Assembly: GCA_051294905.1 (NCBI GenBank)
Contig: CM119372.1
Location: 2,544,001-2,608,000, forward strand
Reading direction: 5' to 3'
Length of the DNA: 64,000 bases
Source: Botryllus schlosseri
Taxonomy: Eukaryota
Position numbers and translations under genes: made by a program. Numbering within the stretch: the first letter of the stretch is position 1; each line of letters opens with the position of its first letter. Below the pieces are notes generated by a model. That model made no database searches. It was not told the DNA's origin and saw only the letters and a program-made list of their open reading frames with translations. Positions 52,459-64,000 of this stretch are shown in pieces.

Positions 52459-52994
52459 TAGGGCTGGGCAGTGGGCACAATGATTCGAGTACTCGAATCT
52501 GAATCGAGTATTAATTTTAATGATTCGAGTCGAGTAGTAAAAGTCGATTTTTTTGAGTACTGAAATTATACGCTCCTCACCACGGAAAGTTGATTTATCA
52601 ACGAGGAGTTTATCAACGATCAACGAGTTTATGCTAATTTCACTGTTGAAGCCTTGAAACCTTGATTGGCCGTATCGTAGCATACGAAACATGAAGTACA
52701 AAGCTACGAACGTTACTGGAAATAGCACATTTCCGAAGTCATGATCATCCCACAATATTGTCACCAAGTGCAATGAAATCGGTATGGTCGAAAAAAATAT
52801 CAAAGTGTCCTCAATATGATGGATAACAGGCATTATATTCTTTGTGGTCGCTTAAAAGGTACATATTTGAACTTTGACAAATAATATTCTGCTATGACGT
52901 CATAATGAGTGATACTCGATTACTCGACTCGACTCGAAGCATTTTACGTGATTCAGAATCGAATCACTCAGGTACTCGATTTTGCCCAGCCCTA
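52459..52994. mobile_element. Nested hAT-type MITE
   Basis: TIR TAGGGCTGGGCA...TGCCCAGCCCTA; perfect TSD GTTACGAC; TACTCGA repeats. Confidence 0.92.
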
Positions 52995-53805
52995 GTTACG
53001 ACCAGGTGATAGGCAACCAAAGCGGAGGTACCCGGCGTACGATTGGATCAATGGACTGGACAATTTCTAGACCTCCAATTTTCGCGCTAAAGGCAACTGC
53101 GTAAACTACGTACGGAGCAAAGATCCAATACGATTCATGTTCGTACTTGACTTGACCACACTAATTCCAATGACTAGAACTCGAGAGATTGCGTAAGCCT
53201 AACTGCAAAGGTCAACGAGTTCGGACACATACGCAATTGTTATCTCATAGATTGGGCCTGTCATATTGAATCCAGAACATCAATTTGAATGGTCTTTGAA
53301 AAACTAAGGACAGCAGCCTCGGAACTTTGGTCTAGTAACAACTTATCACATTTTGGCCTTGAAACTGGAGACTGTGACACAACACATACGGCTTACACTC
53401 TATAAGTCTGCTGCGAAATCGCCGTTGGAAAATATATTAATCAATAAATACATGAATGAAAGCCGTAAACTTAGTATACTGTTAGATGAAATCATCGAGA
53501 TGTAGCATTCGCAATCTCATAACCCATTCCGGCATGGTACACTGTCAAAATCAATACAAACAGACGAACACCGAAGTTCTGAGTAAAATTTGAAGGCCAC
53601 AATTTCACAGTGAAATGGACATTGGCGAACATAAAATTATTTGAATATTTGAATGCAAACCGAGAATCTTAGTTAGCTGTTTCATGCGATCATCGAGATA
53701 TACCATTGGAAATATCATCACCGATCTCGTTATGGAACGCAGGCTAGATTAGCACAGACAGACACCGGCTTTTGCGTGAGATCCGCAATGATGTAGGTAG
53801 GCTAA

Positions 53806-55084
53806 AGGCCTCTGCACACTGACCTCGCGACGCAACATCGCGAGTTGCGCGTTGCGAGTCGTAAGTCGCGAAGCAATGCACACAGGTCCCGGCAGTGCCC
53901 ACAAGCGGCAACTACAGCTCTTGCGCGTTCTGTCCGAAGTCTCGCAATGGATACACATTGCACAGCTCCCGATAGATCGCAAAATGAATATTTCGATGGG
54001 TATACATGGGTTTGTCAATGTCTTATATGCACACACTTTTCCATTAACGAACCAATATCATATCTCAATGCTGAAAACGCATAATCTGGGTGACCCAGTT
54101 AAAGGCGCTATTTCCGGTTGCCGATCCAAATTTCTGGAGTTCTAGCTGTAGCCTATTATGCTACAAACACCAAGACTTTCTGTATTCCACTGCCTCAGTG
54201 ACTGCATCAACTGTCAAGCACTCATACATTAATTTCTCGATATGATAGAGAACAACATTCAAATGCATTATAATTTTATTTTAAATGAAAGTCTTAACAA
54301 TATTCAAATATAACTCTGGGATTCTTTCCTTTTCAATCTTCGATTCGCCCTCAGGTATCAAGCATGGAAACTGATCCGTAGGCCTGGTTGATTCATTCTC
54401 CATAATGATGCATAGTCCATTTCTGACTTATAATATTAGCCACTACAATTCGTACCGAAGTCTGATAAAGAGGAGAATAGACGAAATCTAACATCAAGAG
54501 TTACACTGCTGCTACCTATTCAACAAAAAGATTTTCAGACGTCGTGTTCTGAGATGTACCGGTATCTGAAATATACATCAGTGAACCCATGACAGACCAC
54601 GATTATATGTACCTACCTGCTTAACCCAGTTTCCAACCAATGTACATTGTACACTGTACAGGTTAAAATGAACCAGACAAGGTATAATGAGTCCACCTGT
54701 AGACATACAATGACTGAGAGTTTCGCGTATCGATACTGCCGGAGCTGGTTGGCCTTTGGTAATTACCAAGTACCGGTACTGCTTACAGTAGAATGCGCTC
54801 TTGCAGTTAAGCTTCAAGTTTTAAAATGGCCTCAAATCGGTCTAAATTCAATGAGGAAACAATTATAGATGCCAAAACACGCAATACCCGGACAAACTAT
54901 TGCGGTGCATAGAGCTAACGATCAGTAACTGCTGACCAGTCGCTCGCAACTTGCGACGGAGTTGCGCAACCCTGTCGCAGACGGCATGTTGCGAGTTGCC
55001 GGCGACTCCGGTCTGCATGGTCCAGTCGCAGACAGGCGCGATTCTCTCGTTTTATCGGGTCGCGAGCTCAGTGTGCAGAGGCCT
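53806..55084. mobile_element. Nested PIF/Harbinger-like element
   Basis: TIR AGGCCTCTGCACACTGA.CTCGCGA at both ends; 3-bp TSD TAA. Confidence 0.85.
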
Positions 55085-58000
55085 TAAGTATCAGATCAGC
55101 GCGCATCTCTACCATACTCGACCTCGAAAACGGAATAACTGCCTCAATCCTTGAGTGTCAACTTTAAGACTTGACACCGCGCTCGATACTAAAATCAAGA
55201 CATAACGTGCAAAAGCTCATGACAGATCTAGGTATGGAACATCGTTAAAATCAATAGAGACCAATAACGGCTTTTGCGTAAATCTGTTAGCGATAAATGA
55301 AGAGTCAGCTCTCACTCGACTTTGGAAACGCAATTACCACCCACATAGTTCAGTGACATCCTTCAAACTTGTTACAGCGATCGATACTAACATTATGACT
55401 TACCGTGCCAAATGTCATGACCGATCTCGGTATGGAACATCGTCAAAATCAATGGAGACCAATACCGGCTTTTGAGAAAAATCTGTTTGCTGTACAATGT
55501 ACATAATAGATCAGCACACACTGAACTTCGGAAACGAAATAACTACCCTTATCTTTAAGTAGCAAGCCTGAAACTTGGAGCAGTGCTAAATACTACCTTC
55601 ACGACATATCATACCAAGTTTCAAGAATTATCATGGTGCGAAACACCGTCAAAATCGACCTATACCAGCAAAGGTCGACTCAACGCATATTACGGTAACC
55701 GAGTTCAGATACAGATACGATTGTTACATCACACCTTAGGGGCAAACAGGCATAGTTGCCCCACTTGCTCGGCCATTTTACGAATAGGAGAGAGTAAATC
55801 ACCGTTTCTTTATTGTGCGCGGCTTTGAGAGAATAGATAGTGGAAGCTTGTTATGAGCGCTACCGGGGCAAGCCCCGGCTAGGCATTCACAAAGCGAAAA
55901 CACAGAAGAGAATTCGATTTTCGCAGAGACTTCGCTATGTATGGGCATTTGCAAGCGAAAGCACAAGAAGAACGCGGGTTTCGCTGTGATCTCGGTATAT
56001 ATTGATCGCTGTGCGTCTATAAATGGTTAAATTGTTATCGAACAGAATTTTAGGTGGGGCAATGCCCCAGTTGCCCTATAGGACGAGCCGCCACTGCTTA
56101 AGAAACACCTGAGATAGTTGCTATTGGATTAATCTACTGCTACTACGACAACGTAAGGTGCTGTGATCATTTCGGTTGTGGTCAATCTATTTGTGATGTA
56201 ACAATGGAGGATCAGTGAACGTACAATCGCAATGTGTGGCTACTCTCATCAAATTACACAGGCGTATCGCGAACGATACGAACAAACACAAAATACAGTG
56301 ATTTAATCGACATCGTTTACTTGATGACTTGAAATTGACTCGTAAATTTTTCTCCGAGTCACGAGTCAATCCACATTTTTGAAGCGCCGAGTCAAGTCAA
56401 GTCAAGTCATTTTTGCAAAGTGACTCGAGTCAAATCAAGTAATAGGAAAAAGTGACTCGAGTCATCCGAACACTGCGGTATAGTACATAACGGCAAGAGG
56501 CGTGTACGGTGAATTAAAAGTATCAGAATATAATATAAAATAGGCGGCCGACGAATATGAAGTGGCATGTGTAAAACGTCAGATCGTGGTGCCATAATCT
56601 AGAAGCAATATCGCAGATAGGTTGTTTATTGCTTCCGTTATAGACGGGTTGTACGTGAGGCTTCTACACGTACCATCCCTATACGATCGGGACAGTATAC
56701 AGTGCGTGCATATGCAGATACACAACTGACGGGTGCATGAGGTGTAAATGATAGAACTATAGAACGCCCTATAAGTAATGTTTTGGTTCCCTCGGAGTTC
56801 ATAAATAACCGGTGTCCCCGACACCAAGAGGTCAGAACTAAGCGTACGAAAAGTAGTGTATCATTATCAGTATCAGTGCTCAACATTCTCATAACCAGTT
56901 GGAAATATATACTACAATACAGCGATACAATGGAATTACCGAAATCGTGTATAGTGATAACAATCTATAAATCCAACAACACACGCCTTGGCCTCATCAT
57001 AGTATAGTAAAAACGTGTGTCATAAAAGATATGTGCAATGAACTGAATGAAAAATATAGACGTCAGAATAAAAATGGCCGGATTATGAAATACGTGGGCC
57101 ACAAATTATTTTGGCTTTTTCCTTGTCAGGAAGATACAGAAGTGAACCCCACAGACGAAAGCGAATTAAAGTAGTAAATGAGGTCCGCACTATAAAAATA
57201 ATCGATAAGTGCCAACTAGTGACCCTTTTCATTGCATCCGTCGGGGAGCGGCTCGCGAAGGAGCTTTGCAATTTAGCTTATGGCCTAGTGTATTTTAACG
57301 AGGCTCAAGTGAGATAGACAAGAAGGGACAAATCCCTACAAAGTCCAAAATATGCGCATGCCGACGTTGTAGGCCTACGTTACTAATTTCGAGCCACATC
57401 GCATTTAATTTCTTCAACGCACAGGTATAAATTATTGTGTTTATAGTTTGTTATCGCATTGTGATCTAGCGACAACTCTTGATACGAGACAACCCAAAAT
57501 CTTCGAGTTAAAACCAATGTATCATTACAAGTATGTTGGGAAAGCAATCTTCAATTCATGTTCAACGAACAAGCTATTTATATCGAGATTTGTTAATGAT
57601 TCCCAGTTAATATTTATTTATGAGGTGATAGACCCTACAAGTAGGCCTACTAGATAACTCATTTGCGTCCCGTTGTGTCTCCATATGGCAAGCTTGTCAA
57701 GAAAGTTGCACATGCACTGCACAGTGCTTACTCCATACGGTATATCGTGAAACTGGACCAGGTATCTTCAATATACCAATTCCTACATCAGTTTGACGTG
57801 TTCACGATTTCAGCCCGGCATGATTTCAGTCAACTCCGAATACGTTAACAAAACTCAAGACCCCGGAGCACACGATGATACTCACCAAGAACCAACGCCA
57901 TGAATTTCCACCTATTGACAAGTAAAAGTAGCGATTTCCGAGCTGTGTCAAAACTAATTCGAGCGGAGGGAGCATATGGAAGGCCTGAAAAACTTTTAAA

Positions 58001-58593
58001 TAGTTTCAAAAAAGACCATTTCGAGATGGATACTTTTGAAATTGCAAAGTACGCATTCGTATCTAACGCAACGACTTGGAAAATACACAAGTCACACAGG
58101 CTATATCACGTAGTCATTATGGCAATTTAGTCGTAAAAGTGCGCGAAGTTATCCCCAATAGCTTTCCCCTTTTTAAAATCCGGAAGTGGAGTTAGTCTTA
58201 AAACTTTACCACTTGGGTAAATAGTGCAAGCAGTCGAAACCTACTTGAGTACTCCGAAAAGGTAGAAGTACATCGTTAACATGTCCTGATTTGAAAGGCA
58301 ATGAATGCACAGGAACCCGTGACGATATCACACAAAAACTGGAGATCTATATACACACCGTGAATATCTCTCAATTACCATTCAACGTATATTTAATCAA
58401 CGATCACTCAATCAAGAAATCAGAATTTTGACAGGCAGTGAAAGGACATGCATGTGATTAGGCTACCTGTTCTGAATCCGCTGAACGTGTAAACGTGCCT
58501 TATCCGCAAAGTATAGCAATGCTTTACAACCACATTCCTCGCTGTAATCGCGATTCTAAAACTTTCTACTGTAGTTGTATATGGTGTTGCTAT

Positions 58594-59804
58594 CAGAGGT
58601 AGCCAGTAACGAAGTGCTTCTACTCTTTAGAAGTACTCAAGCAGTTTTCTTCCACTTCTAGTACTTACCCAAGTAGAACTAATTTTTTCTACTTCTACGT
58701 CATAATATTTTGTGATCTACTCACTTACTTCCTCCAATCAGGAAGATAGCCCGAGGAAATACGCGGCTGTATTCACGGAGTATCAATATTTAATTTTCAT
58801 AAAAGTTGAGTAAAACCCAGAATTTTCGTCGCGCTTCGCGCACAGTGGATGTAGAGTGACCAATATGATTCCATGAAAGTATCGGTGAATATAATCTAGG
58901 TAGCGGGTTGCGTGATTCCGTTCATACCGCATTGTCGCCCATATGAAACATTACATTTCAGTATATATGGCCCATCATAACGTTGGGAACTGATGTTTTG
59001 CAATCTAGCATTTACTTATCATATCGTAGTCTAGCAGTCCATGGCATGTCCTAATCCGGAACAGTGGGCTCTTACTTTTTTTTTTAGCTTTAGACCTGTT
59101 TTAGCATATAACCTCAGAAAATGAAATACATTTTCCGCTTTTAAAAGTAGGATTTATATTTCACTTTCAATTCCCAGTGTCGTACTTTGAGTTCTAATTA
59201 GTATGAGTTCTTTTTTCTGGAGAACATACATGTTTAAGCATAAGAGAAAGTGTAGTAGTGCCTTTAAATTTCGGAAATGAAGCTACACAATATGGCATTT
59301 TTACGATCCACCATATTTTTTATTAACGTTTACTTATCGCGAAATGTGTTTACACCGTATCCGATACAATTTCTCAGTATTGCTCTTCGATTAAACTACG
59401 GTCGTTGTAATATGAGGGAAAGGTCCCATACCATGATATTTTCTGAAACGTGCTGTTCGAGTAAACAGAGGATTAGTATGGCATTTCCATATCATTACTA
59501 TCATTTCATCCCATCATGCGGACGAACGCTTATGCTGTTGAAAATTGGATTCCTCGTCCTGGTATGCATCAATATGAATCAAGCTTTGCACCTTTCGCAT
59601 AGCTCAATTTTCAGCTTTTGATAATCAATGCGAACGAATTACGATCGTTTTCACAACTACTTACTTACTTGAGTAGATTTAAAGTCAGTCAATTCTACTT
59701 AGATTGGTTATGGAAGAAGTACTTCTACTCGAACTTGAGTAGATTTTCCATCGGTACTTCTAATTCTACTTGAGTAGCTTCCGTGACTACTTTGACCACC
59801 TCTG
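58594..59804. mobile_element. hAT-type element (CTACTTGAGTAG family)
   Basis: CAGAGGTAGCCA...TGACCACCTCTG; perfect TSD GTTGCTAT; related fragments at about 4010-4230, 7330-7640, 25850-26390 and 58150-58280. Confidence 0.82.
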
Positions 59805-60644
59805 GTTGCTATCAGCGTGCATAAATTTACAGTAACCGCAAGTTGGGGATATCAGAAATCAGCCCACACCAAGATTTCAATGTACGCCTTGCCGTGACCA
59901 TCTCTGCGATCAAAACATACAGTTTGTTAGTGTGACCTAATAGTTGGATTGAACATTAAATTTTAATCAATTACTACGAGTAGCTTTAGTTTGCAGAACA
60001 ATATTCATTTTCATATCCGGTACCAATCCAACTCGGGTTCGTGCTGCTGTACACACTGTCGACAGCGGATAAGATAACTAATTTCTGGATCCCTCTGTAG
60101 TATCTTTAACCGGAACTTTCGTTCAGAACCATTCAAGACTTGCGACTGCGATCTTCCGAGAGTCTTCACAGCATGCGACGAACCTACCCCTACCGATTTC
60201 CACACAGTGCTCGATTTCCGTCGGCACTGTTAGCGCGCAATTATGTTTTTCGGTATTTCGTGTTCACGCCAAATAACTGTTTTAGAGATGAAGGATTCTT
60301 ACTTTTAACTATGAAGCACTAGCTTTTACAACACTAATATTACACAAAATTAAGAAGATAACATCAAGAATACAACACTAAAAATACAACACTATAATAA
60401 TAAAATACTCATACCCCCCCCCCCCAAAAAAAAAACGTTGGTCTTGGGCCCCCAAAAAATATGAACAAATCGAGTTATGAAAAAAATCAAATTTATATCT
60501 ATAAAATACACTTGCTTGGCTTGGAGTCTGGAGTATTTAATTAGGATTGCAGGAAAGTCGCGAGTATTCTGCTATCGTTACGTCATTGCTGTTTCAATGC
60601 AATGTGCCATAACTTTCCAGTTGAACGAGCAGTAGCTATAAATA

Positions 60645-63008
60645 TAGGTCAAGACAGGACCATAACTGCCGCACGCCCAACTCCCAATGTGGGGGGGGGG
60701 GCGAGCTCGAACGGGGCTCAACATTAATTCGTGAATTAGCATAAATTATAGAGTATTTTTTGAAAACTTATGCATCTTTTTCAATTTTTTTCGCTCTAGG
60801 CGTGATTTCATGCTGCCAAATATCTTGATTTTTGGGTACTCATCCCCAAGAAAATGCGCAAGATTTATGCAAATGGACATTGGGCATATCGGCGTTGGCC
60901 ATTACCGCGCCACGACTCACCAAGACATTTTAAGTTTCAGGCAATGTAACATGCGACTCCAAGAAGTGTGTCAGAACGATCGGCAGCGAGAAAACTTTGG
61001 CCGAACAGGACTGCCGTTATGCTGACCGAAAACTTCGTTATATATACAAAATACTGTCTTGGCAATCTGAATCTCACGAGACAAATACCATTCCGCAGGG
61101 AAAAATTATATTCCAGTGAAGAAATACCAATTTGAAATCGCGTGCGTCTCTTAGTTTAGAAGCCTACGTTTGGGCGATTCTATATATTTTTGATATAGCA
61201 GACAGGAGGTCACGAAATAACATGTTACGGAATCATACTAATGGGCCCTACAGTTTCCAAGACACCTCACTCAGCTCTACCGGTAAATCTGATTACGTGA
61301 GCAGCGAGGTCAAGAAATTGATAGCAATATATATGCAATTCCCGATCATATTGACCGATTTTATCTTGAATTTTCGAAAATTTTCGCGCTTCCCGCTGGC
61401 TCACTTAACAGTGCAACTAGTTTCGTGGCTAAAGCGAACAACGTGATACGGGTAGGTTTATCTCCCTATGGGAGCCGAAGACCGAAGTTCATTTTTTTTT
61501 TGGGGGGGGGGCTGACGAAGTGCTGTTTCGTTCCTGCCAACGGGTATACGCACGAAGATGTTTAATTATTATTGAGGGGCCCTACCTTTCCAAACACACC
61601 TCCCTCGGCTTTATACCTGTAAAACTGATTACGTGAGCAGAGAGAGGATAAAAATTGATGGCAATATATATGCAATTCCCGCTCATATTGACCTATTCAA
61701 TCATGAATTACCGAAAATTTTCGCGCTTCACGCGTCTAGGCGATAAAACCTGACTCACTAAATCGCCCCGAAAGCAGCATATAATTGGTAGTCCTATAGC
61801 TCACGACCGAAGCGTCCGCATAATTTGATAGGTCCGGTCTTTATCGAAAGGTAGTGTTGCACTGATTCTAAAAATACCTATTGAAATCTCGTCAGGGCAA
61901 TAAAACTACTCCGAAATAGCCACCAATGGTCGATTGTTCTGAACAATGGGAGCGCAGCAACACGATGACCATAACAATGGCCAATGGCGTCAAGAGATTG
62001 ATCGAAAGAAACAATGTCAATTTTCATATTTTGTTGACTATTTTGGGTCCGTTTCATTGCGCTGGTATTCGTGCGGCCCCGACCGTACTCTGAAATTCTA
62101 AATTTGGCCCTGACACCGAAAAAGGTTGGGAGCCACTGCTCTAAACAGTCTGTGGCTGTAAAAAATGTTACAGTAGTTTAAAAAAAAAAATAGAAAAAAA
62201 ATTGAACGATGAGCGCGAAAAATTTGTTTAATTCATGATTGAATCGGTCAATATGATCGAGAATTTCATATGTATTGCTATCAATTTTTATCCTCACTCT
62301 GCTCGCGTAATCAGATTTACCGGTATGAAGCCGAGGGAGGTGTGTTTGGAAAGGTAGGGCCCCTCAATAATAATTAAACATCTTCGGGCAGGCGGACCCG
62401 TTGGTATGACTTCGTTCCATGATGTTATTTCGTAACCTCAGCAATATCAAAAAATGAAGAATCGCATAAACGTACTAAACTGAAAGACGCACACGATTTC
62501 AAATTGGTATTTCGTCACCGGCATATAATTTTTCCGTGCGGAATGGTATTTGTCTTGTGAGGTTCAGATTGCCAAGACAGGAACATGCGTCGCCAGTCAT
62601 TTAGGCGCTAATGGACAAATAAACCTATATGTATCAGCATAAGCGCGGTCCTTTTCGGCCAAGGTTTTCTCGCTGCCGATCGTTCTGGCACACCTCTTGG
62701 GGTCACATGCTTCATTGCCTAAAACTTTATATCTTGGTGCATCGTGGCGCGGTAATGGCCAACGCCGATATGCCTATTTCTATAAATCTTGCGTATTTTT
62801 TCTTGGGTGAAGAATACTCAATAATAAAGATATCTGGCAACTCGAAATCGCGCCGCGCGCGAAAATTTTTTGAAAAAGTTGCATAAATTTTCAAAAAATA
62901 CTCTATAATTTATACTAATTCAGGATATAATTTCGGGCCCCCTTCGAGCTCGCCCTCCCCAATTGGGGGGTTTGGGGTGCGGCAGTTACGGTCCTGTCGT
63001 TGACTACA
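60645..63008. repeat. Large imperfect inverted repeat made of oppositely oriented copies of one dispersed family
   Basis: About 60650-61390 matches the reverse complement of about 62210-63005; an extra partial copy at 61540-61740 closely matches the reverse complement of 62210-62400. Confidence 0.85.
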
Positions 63009-64000
63009 TATCAATTGCCCACATGCGGTAATCAATGGTGTATAGGCCTACTGATATATTCAGATTTGTTGGTACATCATTGGTTTTGATTGGTTGATTG
63101 GTTTGATCCGTCGATACGACTACGTCCGATGATAATCCCAAGTTTCTTCAGCCGATGTCCCCCGTAGTTTAAAAGTTCACCCGGAGTACAGCGGCGTAGC
63201 CAGTATGGTCCAAGAAGACCCAAAATTCATTTGAATATGAAACAACGCTATTGAGCTCGTCTAGTACTTGATTAGAACGCAGTATTAATCCCCGAAATGC
63301 AATTACCGCCCCTCCAAAAATTTTCGTTAGGGCTATACGTATTCGCAATGGTTCCAGAAGTTCCTAAAATGCCATAAATTATTTGGACGATTGGAAACTG
63401 CTATCGATCTCATTTAGTTCTTCGCCAGTACGTGGTAGTAGTTATCGGAATCCAATTGCATCTCTCCAAATATTTTCGTTTTGGCTGTGACGCGACCGCC
63501 TGGACATGGCGTATTCGGTGATCACACAGCATGTAAGGTTTTTACTCACGGGTTGCGGAAGCCATCCGCAAATTCCGGCCTGTATGTCTGCTAATCCAAA
63601 GTATGCTGTAGACTCTATAGTGTAGAGTGTAGATAGTCAGAAAGAATTTATTAGACGCATGTTCACTGTCCAGTGATAAATCAACACACATGTGATGCTT
63701 GAGAATTGCGACTATAAGTTACGGATAAGACTGAGTGCAAGCATTTTTGCCTGCGCTCGAAACTCGGCCCTGCTGGTGCTACTACTCCTGCACGAAGGAT
63801 TTAGAAATTCAACACCATTCCTGTACCAACGACTTGTACTGGACATCGTCTCTGCTCACTGACAAACGGCTTCAACAGCATAAGCCGCCTAGATCTTATC
63901 CCAATAATTACTAATACCCGCGCGGCAAATTTTTCTTGATTACTGTGGCGCCTGTACTGGAATGTGATTTTCACAACGACTTCTCACCTTGAGAATGACT

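Larger units (their letters stand above)
52026..56096. mobile_element. Nested hAT-type element
   Basis: TIR CAGAGGCGGCTCGT...ACGAGCCGCCACTG; perfect TSD CTTAAGAA. Confidence 0.9.
50655..56475. mobile_element. Composite hAT-type MITE (family of 456-2078): dimeric body with three nested elements
   Basis: CAGTATTGGGAT...ATCCGAACACTG; perfect TSD CGGTATAG (50647-50654 and 56476-56483); internal right end at about 51620 followed by a second partial body. Confidence 0.88.

Noticed and set aside
52354..52833. 159-aa minus-strand ORF
   Set aside because: It crosses the boundary of a TSD-defined MITE and has no recognisable domain.
56580..58130. Cluster of short ORFs with coding-like composition
   Set aside because: No domain or consistent splice model could be assigned by eye; needs a translated search.
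63100..64000. Possible decayed coding sequence at the window end
   Set aside because: The minus-strand frames I read are interrupted by stops and show no motif.

Overview
AT-rich, intron-containing eukaryotic DNA dense in transposon relics. It looks like an invertebrate; an ascidian is my inference from gene style and is not proven. Most ORF-track entries are noise. Spliced genes assembled by hand: (1) the last two exons of a C-type lectin (+, 2349-3630); (2) two tandem five-exon type-I membrane receptors on the minus strand, each with a signal peptide, an 8-Cys CUB-like domain, a Ser/Thr stalk, a TM helix and a 7-tyrosine cytoplasmic tail. Copy A (6797-11104) is intact; copy B (13385-18477) has two nonsense codons and a transposon in its first splice donor; (3) an ApoD-type lipocalin (+, 45097-50102); (4) a low-confidence decayed kinase/FN3/ZU5-like gene (-, about 31400-37800). 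The rest is deeply nested non-autonomous DNA transposons (hAT with 8-bp TSDs, plus Harbinger-, Kolobok- and Tc1/pogo-like) and fragments of CR1/L2-type and R4/Dong-type LINEs. The best candidate for a little-described system is the lectin-linked cluster of divergent CUB/tyrosine-motif receptors, which has the features of a birth-and-death immune or allorecognition locus.
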